From assembly GCA_050084985.1 (NCBI GenBank), contig JBITNC010000001.1, forward strand, positions 33,604,001-33,668,000: a stretch of 64,000 nt of DNA, read 5' to 3'. The position numbers and the translations under genes were made by a program. The notes under the pieces are model-generated. The model worked only from the letters and a program-made list of their open reading frames with translations, made no database searches and was not told the DNA's origin. Shown piece by piece: positions 1-13,145 of the stretch. The number at the start of each line of letters is the position of its first letter. Position 1 is the first letter of the stretch. The DNA is from Nageia nagi. Lineage: Eukaryota > Plantae > Pinophyta.

Positions 1-39
1 GTATTGTCCCTCTTCTAATACAACTAGGACCAATAATAG

Positions 40-220
40 TTTAGTTTTTCATTCCATGTCATGAATGGAAATATCTCCTATAATTTTCTCCTAGAAAGAT
101 CTTAGATCCATGAGATGAGGGTAGTTCCATCTACTTTTCATAATCGCATCAAGTTTGAATATGAAGGTTAGATTCACATGGTTGCAGAAGATCCTAAGCC
201 CTATGAATTATATCATTTAG
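40..220 (+). pseudogene. Degenerate Ty3/Gypsy (Tat/Ogre-like) pol fragment, C-terminal part of aspartic protease region
   Basis: Manual translation FHVMNGNISYNFLLERS*IHEMRVVPSTFHNRIKFEYEG matches the Tat/Ogre motif 'YNxLLGRPWIHxMxAVPSTxHQxxKF'; in-frame stops. Confidence 0.7.
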
Positions 221-3200
221 CAGATTTAGAGATTGATGGACTAGAGATTTATCATATCATTTTATTCAATGTTTCACAATAAGAACCACAATCTACATTG
301 GTGAAAATAGAAATAAAACCAAAAGCTATGGAGATTGGTATGGGCATGTACAAAATTTAGACCTTAGACACCATATTTTTTATCAAGGACCTTAAATGGC
401 CTAAAATAGTAAGATTTGAGTAGCGTACATGCTATTTGAAAGGATTAGAAAGGATATGTCTAGTTTAGGTTCATCTTTTGTCATGCATAGTTTACCACTT
501 AAATGATAGGTTTATTATAACAATAGATTATTTTGAATGGAAGGCTAATATAGTTCCTATCACAAAGTGTAAAAATCCAAATCCACCTTGGATTCCCTTA
601 TCGTATTTTATCACTATGCTATGTTATGTGAGTTAGAAACTTATGCTTTTGACATAAACATGTGTACATGTTGTAGGCCTATTTGATGGATGATGTAAAT
701 ATTCTATGGTGAAATTGAAAAATTAATTCTAACATGTTATCTATCATCGTCAATGTTATTGTCCAAGTTGTTTATTGTGTTGTGTAGGAATAGGTGTACA
801 AAGGCAAGATTCTCTCGAGTGGATTGAAAGTTATAGCCTAACAGTGAATTTCAAGATTGTAATGATCTATGTGAAACACCCCAGACAACCACCGATGTGA
901 GAAACCATATATAGATGCATGAGGCAAGGACATCCAACTAGATTGAGAGCCTCTTAGGAATTTGTGTGAGATGTTTGCTTTGTGTGTTATCTAAAATGTA
1001 TTTTGAAAATGTTTATTTCATAAATATTTATTTGGGAATTTATCTAGAAAAGTTAGTAAGCAAGTTAGTGCACTAAGAAAATCCCCTAACAAACTAATGT
1101 TAGAAGGGTATAGTGACACTAAGATGCTAAGTAGGTAAATTGATTAATTAATTATTTTAAAATAAATGATTGATTAAACCTAGGTACTTTAAATAAGTAT
1201 TATTATTATTAATGTAATTACTATTATTTAAGTGTTAAAATAATTATAGTTTTCTAAATTAATTATTAAGAGAATAATTAATGTGGATATTTTAGACTAA
1301 TTCTAATATTAAAGTTAAAATAAATATCATCTATCCAACAGTGAAAAGATAATTTCAATTGGATATTTGATTAATTATTGTTATTATTTATTATATATTT
1401 TAATTAATTAATTAAATAGAAATTAAGTTGTAAACACTAATTTAGAAGTTTGGTTAGGAGAAAATTCAAATGAAATTTTGAATGTATCCTATATCAATGA
1501 AAAGATAAAGTTTATGTGTTTTTACCTAAACCTCACTTTAAATGAAAATTGGGAAAATCTAAGTTGGTAAAAATATAAAAAGATGGAAACTTTAACCTTA
1601 GAGAAAAACTATAAATAAGAGATCAAGGGTGTGATTTGAAGATAATGGAAAATTGCAAAGAGATTATGTAGAACCTAATCAAGGAGCATCTAAGAGTCTT
1701 CTTGATTTGTAAATGATCTAAATTGGATCCATTCTTGTTTGTTATTAATTTATTAAGTGATGATCTTAATTAATTAATTTGTATATTATAATATATTAAA
1801 TGAAATCTCTTTTTAAAATATTAAATATTTTATTGTTATTTTAAATATTAGATTTAATATTTTATTTTATTTTTCAAAGTTGTAATGAAAAATGTGTTAA
1901 GTGAAATAAACTAGATAATAGTTTTATTTTTTATTTTTATAAAAATATTTAAACATATAAAAAAAATTAAAAAAATTATTGTACACTATATTTAAATAAA
2001 TAAATTAGATTTTAAAATTTATAGACAATGTTTTAATTTTCAAATGAATGTTTGGAGGAGACATGAGTTATCCATAGGAAAAAGTTGAGATTGTGGACTA
2101 GTTGTATGCCTCCATAGCTTGTTTTAAGTGTTTTTAAAGTTGGTTTGTAGTGTAGGCAACTACTACAAATTGTATGGCCCCATTCGACTCTCTTCTTGGG
2201 CGATTTTTCCTCTCTTAAACTCTACCAAAATTTTCATTCCAAGTCATGGTATGTTTCATATGTGAGTTTCTAAGAGTGACGATTCTAGTGTAATGTTTTG
2301 TATGGCATCTAAAATAGGTCATGAGAGCCATGAGGTGTATGTAAATGGTTGTATGGGTTCAAGATGTTTCACGTAGCTCCTTTACCCCCATTGTGTCATG
2401 GTATCACTTTCCTTTCCTCCTACCTGATAAACGTGGACACCTATATGTTGTGTATGATTTCTTTGGGGCATAAATCTTAAGATAACATCCTCCTTTTAAT
2501 GGCTTTTGAAGAGTATTGACAACAGCTTCTATCCTTTTTACACCTAGTTGAGTTGCTACTCGCTAGGTTTTAGAAAGCCCTCATGTTTATTTAATTTTCT
2601 TTTAAATTGTTCTAATTCAATTAAGGTACTTTTATTTAGTATTATATTTAGTTTCTAAAATTAAGTGTTAGGAAATTTAAATTTAGAAACTAAATGCTTA
2701 GTAAAGATATTTTTAAATGATAGTTTTAATTTAAATAAGAAGATTTAAATTTAAAAACTATATATATAGTGTTAAATAAAACTAATAATTATTAATTTAA
2801 GAATATTGTTTAATAAAATTTTAAATTTATATATCTTATTTTTTTCTTTTCATATGTTAATAGGAAAGTGTGTTAACAAAATGAAAATTAATGTGTGAAA
2901 GTAAGGATGTTAAAATTATAGTAAAAATAATTTTTTATTTAGTTCTTTTTCGTTAAATGTTATTTTGGATTCTTAGCAAAGAAGTAATGTATGAGTAATG
3001 TTTTATCGATAAAATCATGTATATGCATTTAGGGAAAAAATATCAGATTGTTTAGATCCAAATTAATTCAAGGGTTATCATGTTCCAGTTTAAGGTGATT
3101 GATAACTAATTGTGTCCTTTGAAGACTTTAGAATGAATATCAATTTATGCAGCTTTCCTAAATTTTGTAATGGTGTTATTATTCATTCATTAAAATATTT

Positions 3201-3416
3201 AAATGAAGATGATTTATGTAAACATGGATACCTGTTTATAACTTAAAGTACTTTCTCTACTTTAATAAAGTGGTGTTTATTATTGCAGTAACTTTACTTT
3301 ATGGATGTTGTATACTTTTTAATTATTGATGAAATGTTTGTATTTAAATGAAGTTTTTATTACTTTATTTTATTGAATTAAAATATGATGCCTAGGAGAC
3401 AACTCCCTCACCTATA

Positions 3417-4985
3417 TGATGAAATTAACCCTTTCTAAATTAATCTCTAGTTTACCAAGATCTCAAAAAGGCACTTACAATATCAACACAATAGCATAAT
3501 AACATAAGGGTGAAAGCAAGAAGTTGGGTCCACTTCAAGGGGAAGTGGGGAAAATCCACTAAGTAAAAACTCAATTCAAAAAAATCAAGATCTTGATTTA
3601 GGTTCGAGATCCTAATAAATATCGAGATCTCAATATTTAAAGCAAAAATAAATACAAATATCGAAATCTCAATTTATCAAGATCTCAAACCTAAATCAAG
3701 ATTTCGATTTTAATTCATTAATATTGGGATCCTAATATTTGAATCTATGATTTCACCTCAAATTTAAGCTTGAAAACTTGGCTTGGTGAACCAACATTTA
3801 GCCTTGGACCTACAAGTATATGTTCATGGCAAGTTTAATGAAAAATCTCAACTTCATGCATACATTTGATGGAGTTTTCGATAGAATTTTTTCATGAAAT
3901 TAAAACACATTATAGATTAAAGAGTGTAGATTTCAAATATGTAATTTATTTTACAATTGGATAAGATTTTATATTTTTTAATTATTTTTTAGTTGATATG
4001 GTCTATATGCTTGAAATATGAGGGTCTCATATTTTCTTAATAAATTTTTCTTTGGGGGGAATTATGAAAAAAAATTATACGAGGACAAGCTTCATAGAAT
4101 TCTTTATAAGAATGAAAAAAATTGAAAAAAGATTAAGTTTAATCAAATTATGGTGGACAAAAAATGAGCACTTTTTGAAACCACAAACATTCTTGATACA
4201 AAATTAATAAAAAAATATTGATTCAAAAATTATGGACAAATATCCAAGACAAGATCTAATGTGTTAGGTATCTTTTCCTAAAAGGATTTTAAAAAATACC
4301 TTGATTTTATTCAAATTATGGTGGACAAACACATGCATGGTATGGTCTAAAAATAATTTTTTTTAAGATTTTTGTTCATCTTATCAAATTTTAAATTCTA
4401 TGATCTGGGTATTGGAAAAAAATATATATTTGAAAACTAGACTCTGAAAACTACATTTTTCCATCACTGACCTTTTTTATGATTCCATGTCTAAGTGCTT
4501 CAATTTTTGAAATCAATCATACCCAAACTTGAAAATTAAGAAAAACACTTCCACTTTTTGGCCTTAAAGTGGACCCAACTTCTTACATCCACCCACAAGC
4601 CAATCTCATAAATAACACATATATAAAGTGGTTCCTCCCTCTTTGGAAGTACATCCTTTAAATAATATCTTTTTATTCTCAAGGATCTCTCTTACATAAT
4701 CTCTCCTCTCTCTCCAAAGCCTAAACCTATAGAAAAGCTTGCTTCCAAAATTGTACAATATGATAGGTAGGGTACCTCTCTACTTATAAGAAGAACCCAC
4801 TCTTTAACCTCCCTTTAACCTAAAGGTAAGGTTAAAGATATTTATATATTTAGTCCTCTTTCTATATTTAATCTCATTCCTATTTTTAATCCTTTAATGC
4901 TCTAAGGTATCTAAAGATACTTTAAGCATTTAGTGAATTTATATTAAAAAAAATATTACACAATATTACATTATAAATTCTAACA
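3417..4985 (-). repeat. 3' LTR of Copia copy A, interrupted by a 1087-bp TIR element
   Basis: 3417-3507 and 4595-4985 are colinear with the 5' LTR, roughly 10% diverged by eye. Confidence 0.92.
3508..4594. mobile_element. Non-autonomous TIR DNA element (MITE-like, 1087 bp) inserted in the Copia LTR
   Basis: 33-bp TIRs GGGTGAAAGCAAGAAGTTGGGTCCACTTCAAGG / CCTTAAAGTGGACCCAACTTCTTACATCCACCC. Flanks are ATAA/ACAA, where the empty-site LTRs have a single ACAA. No ORF. Confidence 0.88.
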
Positions 4986-6049
4986 ATCCCTCTTAATGTA
5001 ATATTAGGATAGAGTGTAAAGAAAAGAAGAAAGAGAGAGTAAGAGAGAGTTCTCCTCTATAGAGATACAAGTGGAGATGAGAACTTTCACATCTTTGAGA
5101 AATAAGCAAGATCTTAATTTGAGACTCACTACAATATCATTTGATAAAATAGTTTACAATACAATCATTAACCATGATTGGTTTCACTGTAAAGAGTAGT
5201 TGATCAACACTAAGTTGACATATGAGCCTCCATGAGCCTGCCCACCTGAAGTAAATAACCTACATTCTCAAGGTGAAACCTGTAAGCTACAAGTAGCTTA
5301 TAAATAAGATCAATTAGATGCATCATATAAATCATTCATATCAATCATAAGATAAATAAACTAAGTAATGACATACATAAATTAATCAATGATGCACTAT
5401 AACTCATCATGAAAATTCCAAGCTAATACTCACAGTCATCTGTTGTATATTAGAAAAATATGTGTTGATCAATAATAAAAAAAAGCACATGCACATATGA
5501 ATCACTCGCATATGGATAACCTAACAGTGCCAACAAACACATATTGATTCCTCACATAGTGATAATAGAAATCAAAATGTACCATGAGTTCCTCACATAG
5601 AGCGAACTAACCTCGAAGGTCTATATTTAAGATCAACACTATATAGCAAAATATCCTCTTAGGGATGAAGTTGTCATCATAAATATGAATTCAACATATA
5701 AATTCAAACTTCACTTTCCCTTGAGGATAACTTCACTAAATATAAGAAACTTTCAAAATCTGCATAATAAAGTTTCTTAAGTGGTCTAGTGAATAAATTA
5801 GGAGAGTCAAAGTCATATGAATAGACCTACAATTGTTCTATCAAGAATATTCTACCTAATATAATGTGCTTGGATTTGCAGTGCACTATAAGACATCACT
5901 AAGATGTCCAGCCATTACTTATAGTCACCAAAAAATAATGTATAAGTAAGGTATATAAATAAAAAACCAAAAAATAAAGTGCACAACAACTTTATTAAGA
6001 AGGAAGAAGTTACAATGGATTCAATAAGAATTCAACCTTTACTCCCTTT

Positions 6050-9000
6050 TTGAGGGCAACTTTACCAACCCAATAGAATCCCTAAGCTTGGAGAACTGGG
6101 CTTCAAGAAGGGGCTTGGTGAACAAATCAATAGAGTTAAAGACTGATGGATAATACTGTAAGTGTGGAAGACCATCCAAAACCTTCTCTCTGATGAAGTG
6201 GACTTGGATTTCTATGTGCTTTATTCTTTGATGAAAATATAATTCTTTGCCAAAGTAATAACTGATTGATTATTTAAGGAAACTTGAAATGGATGAATTT
6301 GTTCATACCTAATTTCTTCCAAAATATGCCTCAACCAAATGCCTTCCTAGGCTACAACTGATATTGCATTATATTCAACCTCTATAGTGGAGAGACCAGT
6401 AGTAGGTTGCTTCTTAAAAGCCTAAGAGATAGCACCTGAACCAATACCAAACACATAAGAAGAGGTTGATTTTTTATCATCTCTATCTTTTCCATAATTA
6501 GAATATGAGAATCCTGAGAGAACAAATGAGAGTAACTTGTCATACTTGAGAGTAAGATCCTTAGTACCTATAACATACCTCAAAATTTATTTAACTACAT
6601 TAAGGTGTTCAACATATGGCTTTTACATAAAGTGAGCCATCAAATTCATGGCAAAGGCAATATTGGGTTTAGAGATAGTTAAATAAAGAAGACTACCAAT
6701 TAGTTGTCTATAATTCATAGCATTTATCAATTAAGAATTGGAACTAAGAGATAAAATGATTTCAAGAGAGATTAAGGTTGCAATAGGTTTGCACTCCTCC
6801 ATTCTAAACTTTTACAAGATATCTAACATATACTTAGATTGATTAAGATAAGTACAATTCTTATATTGGTACACTTGCATACCAAGGTAGTAGTGCAATA
6901 GAATAAGGTTATCATTTCAAAATTTGCTTTGAGTTTGGATATACACTCTTGTATGAGGACTATATTATTCTATATAATCAACAGATCATCCACATAGAGA
7001 AAAATAAAGATCAAGTCTTATCCTTAGTTGAGTACATAAAGATATGTGTAATAGAAGCATTTAGAAAATACAATATCCTTAAATAATCTTGAAATATTTT
7101 TGTACCAAGCTCGAAGGGATTTCTTAAGCCCATAAAAAAACTTCTTTAACTTGCAAATAAAAGATTCTTTTCCTTCCACAACAAACCCATCTAGTTGGCT
7201 CATGTAGATTTCCATATCTAAGTTCCCATTGAGAAAAGTACTCTTAATATTAAGTTGAAAAACTTTTCAACCTTAAGCTATTTAAAGAGTAAGGATTACC
7301 CTAATAGTAGGCATCTTTACCACTGAAGCAAAGGTTTTCTCATAATCAACTCCTTATTTTTTAGCAAAACCCTAGCTACTAACCTTGCTTTGTATTTTTC
7401 AATCTCGATAATTGAATTGTATTTGACCTTATAAATCCATTTATTACCAATCATATTTCATTCATTGGGATAAGGAACTAAATTCAAAGTTTGATTCTTC
7501 ATTAAAATATCATACTCCACATTCATTACATTTATCCAGCACTCATGCTTGGAACTTTTTTAAAGGATGAGGGCTCATTCTTGCTATTAATTTTGGTAAA
7601 TAAAGAAATATTAATGGTCATACTTCTTGTTATCATTTGTATTAGAGAGTTTTGTTTCTTAGATGACATATCCACACTAGCATCCATCCAATTAGGTGCA
7701 ATAGAAGAATTATCACCCTCATCAAGGTTTTCATAAGAAGTAGACTCTTCAAGAAGTTTATTGAACTTTACATCCCTAGACATAAAGACTGCTTTGGATG
7801 AAAGTTGGTATAGCCTATAGCCTTTATGCTGGTTATCATAGCCTATAAAGATACACTTTTCATATCTTTTATCCAACTTCTTCCTTTTCTTAGGAATAAT
7901 AAAGGTATAAGCATCACAGCCAAAGACCCTGAAGTGAGAGATGTTAAGTTTCTTCATTCAAAGTTTTTTCTTCAACTACTTTTGTAAGACATTTGTTTAA
8001 TATGTAGATCATAGTATTTATAGCTTCACCTCATAAGAATCTAGGATAATCTCCTAACATAAATTTTTCCATTTTCTAAATGGTCCTATTTTTTCTTTTG
8101 GCTACACCATTTTGCTGAGGAGTGTAAAGGATCATAAACTACCTTTTGATTTCATAGTTGTTACAATAATTATTGAATTTTTATTATTATACTCTCCCCT
8201 ATTATTAGATCTTAAAATTTTGATTTTGAATTCAGATTGATTTTCAACCAAGAATTTGAAATCTTTGAAACTATCAAAGGTTTGATCTTTGTGCTCTAGA
8301 AGATAACCAAATATCATCCTATTGAAGTCATCAATAAAGGTCAAGATATAAGATGCTCCTCTAAGAGACTTGGTAGGAAATGGACCTATCAAATCTAAAT
8401 TCATAAGCCAAAGAGATTGAGTTGCTCTAGTTACCTTATCTTTTAAAATTTTTTATCGATTCATTTTACCTAGGATGCATTTCTCACAAAGACCAATTGT
8501 AAGTGAAATTGTAGGCAAACCTTCCATAAGATCATGATCTTTCATAACTTGAATGTTCTTATGGTTTAGGTGGCCTAATCAATGGTGTCAAAGATTTCCT
8601 TTAGAGAAAACAGTAGTTACAAGGTAAATATTTATTAGAGATTGATCCATAATGTAAAAATCATCTTTTACTGATCCTTTCACCAAAATGGTAAGACTTT
8701 TTTTCATGCACCAAGAGTGCGAGTTAAACTCAAAAGAGTAACCCTTCCTTGCAACTTGAATTACGAAAAGAAAATTCATGGTAAGTTTAGGCACATAAAG
8801 CACATTCTCAAGAATCTTTTCTTGAATCAAAACACTCTCAATACCTTAAACTTTAAGAATAGAATTATCACCTATCATAACTGCATCTTTTGTATACTTA
8901 TGAAAATTTTTAAACTTAGTATTTTTTGAAATACATGTGATTAGTGCATCTAAAATCAATAATCTAATCATTTGAAAAAGTGCGAGACATAGAGTAAAAC

Positions 9001-9906
9001 ATAGCAACATAAGTAGAAATCTTATTCTTCTTCTTATTAATCGATTTATTTTATTTTTCATATCATTTTTCACCTTATTCTTTCTTTTACTTATAGTAAT
9101 CGGATTCCTTATGACCATATATGTCACATAAATTACAATTTTTATCAAATTTAAATTTGATTTTTTTTTACTTATCATGATCATAATTCTTTTTATTTCT
9201 ACCTTTCTTGAATTTCTTCTTAGGAGCATGAGAACCCTTCTTTTAGTTATGGCTCTTTTTTTTGAAGTGAGACTTCATTGGACCTAGTGCCACAGAAGGC
9301 TCCTTAAGAGTGGTGATCAACACTTTATTATTAAATATTTTATCATGTTTCAAGAGAAGTCTTCATATATTTTATGAGGATAACACTTCTTTTTTATCAT
9401 TAATCCTAGTTTCAATAATAATCATAAAGTGATTAAATTTAGTATAGAGGCTTTGAAGGATGATAAAAGTAAAAAATTCATTATTGATCCAATTGCAACC
9501 ACACCCCACAAGTTAGGTCCTATGATTAATAACCTTATTTAGATATATTACCATACTTTCATTTTCTCCTTGACATGATTGGAGTAACTTTTGAAGAATG
9601 GTTAACCTTCTGAAGTATTTGGTGTTGAGGTAAATACTCTTTAGTTTATCCCGAACTTCTTTTGAAAAGTTTAAAAAAGATATCATGAGGAGGATTTTAT
9701 TTGAAATAGCATGAAAAATCATAGAATTTTTCAAATCATTTTTTGTATTATAAGTTTCAAGTTCCTTCTCTCCTGATGGAGCAACTTGATTTTTACTAAC
9801 AATCGTCCAAAGTTTACATGATTAAAGTTTTGCTTTCATCCTAGATTTTCAAATACCATAATTGGAACCATCTAAGATATGCTTGGATGCAAAAGAGTTT
9901 CACATT
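6050..9906 (-). pseudogene. Copia gag-pol pseudogene (gag, protease, GAG-pre-integrase, integrase, RT, RNase H)
   Basis: ORF fragments LENVLYVPKLTMNFL (PR/pre-IN), DLIGPFPTKSLRGASYILTFIDDF...KIKILRSNNRGEY (IN), FRVFGCDAY...KLDKRYEKCIFIGY (IN C-term), EIYMSQ...KLKKFFYGLKKSLRAWY (RT); gag start LDGSNYGI near 9875; many stops and frameshifts. Confidence 0.93.
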
Positions 9907-11128
9907 GCTATAAAATAATATGAAGGTGATAAATAATGTAAGCATACATGTTAAATTTAAAATATTAATCATACAAATACATGTTTAAATTAATCAATAA
10001 ATCAAATGCTTAAATTGTTAATAAGAATAATAATTATTCATCCATCATTTTCCATCACCAAGTATAATTGTAAAGAGAGAAGAGTTGACGTTTATTTTCT
10101 TATCTAAAACTAGGCCTTCACCTGAATATTCATAAGGAGCCCAGATCCTACCAATCCTCAACTAGTTTGCTTTAGGCAATAATATTCTCTCATAAGAAAA
10201 AGTACTAGCTATTTTTTAAGGTTGTGATGTATATTGTATAGTCCAAATTAATTATCTTGATTAAATTTTCAATTTTTCTCCTAGGTTATTAAGATAATCT
10301 CTGAATGGATGGGCAAACATGTGGTATCACTACACACATGCTTCTCCATCTATATGAAGTTAAATCTAGACCATCAGAGGACTTAGGGGTAATTAAGAAG
10401 TACAAACTTTTCACCACTTAGATTGTTAGGTTAAAAAGCTCCAATCTGCCTTATCCTCACCTCATGGCTTCCCAAATAAGTCATGTTGTAGAATAAATGT
10501 GCGAATGTGTTTATTTAAGGAAAATTATTTTCAATGTTTGAATACTTTATAAATAAAATAAATATGCAAAACTACATCCAACATCATCCATAAGTATGAG
10601 ACAAAGAGTCCAATGAATTTTATTACAAATCCTAATGGATCTCTTTACAAAGGTTCATTAATTTTAAGTAACAACAAATGAACCTAAGAGTCTAATGGGT
10701 TTTGTTACAACCCCTAATGGATCTCTACACAAAGGTTCATTATCAAAAAAATGAGAAATTCTCTCCCTATTACTTAAAAATAATTTATCATCAAAAAATT
10801 CATAGAAAAAAAAATATTTAAGATAACTTTTATCCATCCACATGCATTAGGACAATTTTAAACTAAGCATTAAAATTTTTTATCCACATAACAATAATCA
10901 TGCATTAGGATAAAATATTAAACTATGAATTTAAAAAAATTTATCCATCCACATGTGTGCAAAATAGCAATAATAATGTATTTAAGATAAAACATTTAAT
11001 CCATGTATTTATAAAATATCTTAAGTAAATAATTTCCCTTTTTTATCTTAAATGCATATTTAATAAAGTCTCTTATTATAATTTGCACTTAGGTAAATTA
11101 TAATTTAGCAAATAAAGAAATATTAGCC

Positions 11129-11521
11129 TTAAAAAATTGCCTGTAATGAATTTAAAAAAATTAACATAAAAAACATTAGACTTTAAATGGCAATTAATGC
11201 AACCTTTAGCTCATACTATTTTTTTTAAATGAACAAATATATATAGAGAGAGAGCTTTATATTATATGCATGCATTTTTTTAAATATATTACATGTGGGC
11301 ATTTTTTAGAGAGCTTTATATTATATTATATTATATATCTCTAAAAAATGCCCATGTGTAATATATTTAAAAAAATGCATGCATATAATATAAAGCTCTC
11401 TCTATATATATATTTGTTCATTTAAAAAAAATAGTATGAGCTAAAGGTTGCATTAATTGCCATTTAAAGTCTAATGTTTTTTATGTTAATTTTTTTAAAT
11501 TCATTACAGGTAATTTTTTAA
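11129..11521. repeat. Near-perfect inverted repeat (arms ~184 bp, loop ~25 nt) in the Copia A leader
   Basis: 11129-11312 is the reverse complement of 11338-11521 with about 5 mismatches by eye. Confidence 0.95.
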
Positions 11522-11820
11522 TTTTTTAGAGAGCTTTATATTATATGCATGCATTTTAAGATATATTATATAATATAATCTCTCTAAAAATGTTGCATGT
11601 AATATAAGTTCTAAAAAGCATGCATATAATATAATCTCTAAAAAATGCTGCAGTTATTTTTTAAAATGCATCAGTGATATAAGCTCTAAAAATTCATGTG
11701 TAATATTTAAAAAATGCTGCAGTAATAGATCTTAAAACTACAAGCATTATTTTTATTTTTAAATGCATGCATATAATATAAAGCTCTCTAAAAAATAATG
11801 CATGTATTGCATGCAATTTA
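11521..11820. repeat. Degenerate array of TTTTAGAGAGCTTTATATTATATGCATGCA units (both orientations) in the Copia leader
   Basis: The unit recurs several times here and head-to-tail in copy B at 57755-57915. Confidence 0.75.
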
Positions 11821-12260
11821 TTTTTACAAAATATTAGTATTGTAAAAAAAATGCAATATAGCTATAGTAAAAAATTGAAAACTTTAATCAATCTACACTC
11901 AGTAAACTGCAATTAAGCTATAATAACACATCATACTATATTTAGCAAATTACTCAAAATGCATTACATATTATTGTACTATTAAACAATTACTAAAAAA
12001 TTCAACAACATTAGTAAATATTGCATCAATATCATAAATTGAACAACATGTTTATAAAAAAAACAAGATATTTCTACTTAACAAATTTGCTAAAAGACTT
12101 TACAATCAAAGAATCAAATAGTTAGTAATATAAGCAAATTTTCACAAAGAACATGGTAGGAGGAAGATTATACCTTGAAGCCTTTTTTTATCTCAACAAA
12201 GTAGATGGAGAAAGAAGAGGAATGGATTTTAAGGATGTTGAAGAGAAGCCTCCAAGAATA

Positions 12261-12272
12261 GCTCTAATACCG
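12261..12272 (-). promoter_or_regulatory. Primer-binding site (tRNA-iMet type, decayed) of Copia copy A
   Basis: Minus strand CGGTATTAGAGC versus canonical TGGTATCAGAGC, 2 nt from the 5' LTR. Confidence 0.85.
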
Positions 12273-12274
12273 CT

Positions 12275-12748
12275 TGATGAAATTAACCTTTTCTAAATTA
12301 ATCTTTAGTTTACCAAGATCTCAAGAAGGCACTTACAATATCAACACAATAGCATAATAACACAATCAATCTTACAAATAACATATATATAAATGGTTCC
12401 TCCATCCTTGGGAGTACATTCACTAATTAAGATCTTCTTATTCTCAAAGACCTCTCTTACATAATCTCTCATCTCTCTCCAAACCCTAAACCTATAACAA
12501 AGTTTGCTTCCAAAATTGTATAATATGAGGGGGTTACATTTTATATTATGAGAATAAACCCACTCTTTAATCTCTCTTTAACCTAAGGGTAAGGTTAAAG
12601 ATATTTATATATTTAATCCCTTTCTATATTTAATCCCCTTCCTATTTTTAATCCCTTAATGCTTTAAGGTATCTAAAGCTACTTTAAGCAATAAGTGAAT
12701 TTACATTAAAGAGAAATATTACACAATATTATAGTACAAATTCTAACA
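12275..12748 (-). repeat. 5' LTR of Copia copy A (474 bp)
   Basis: Starts TGATGAAATTAACC and ends AATTCTAACA on the + strand; matches 3417-3507 plus 4595-4985, and the reverse complement of 56700-57179 and 61331-61808. Confidence 0.95.
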
Positions 12749-13145
12749 CTATAAAACTCAAATCTTGAGCAAATATGAAGTTCAGATGAATAAAAAATGA
12801 ACCTAAAAAAAGCAGATAAACAATATCTTTAGTTGGGATATTACTTACAAATCATATGGATTTTTTGGGATGTTAACTTAAGTTAATAACTTCGAAAATC
12901 TAAAATTAAAGTGCAGCACTTACATAAACTCAACTTCACCAACTTAAAATCATATCTATTTGATAATTTATATTCAATAGTTGAATGATTTAGGAATGGG
13001 TAAAGGCATCCACTATAAGCTATATCAACACTCTAACCTCATTACCCACATGGTAAGATTGGCTAATTCGAATTAACCAATCATATAAACCTTTGAGTCA
13101 CTTCTACAATGCTCAACATTGAGAAGACACCATGCAGGTAAACTA

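Larger units (their letters stand above)
3417..12748 (-). mobile_element. Full-length but decayed Ty1/Copia LTR retrotransposon (copy A)
   Basis: LTRs 12275-12748 and 3417-4985 (TG...CA ends). 5-bp TSD CTATA at 3412-3416 and 12749-12753. PBS at 12261-12272, PPT at 4986-4998. Gag-PR-IN-RT-RH remnants in Copia order on the minus strand. Confidence 0.95.
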
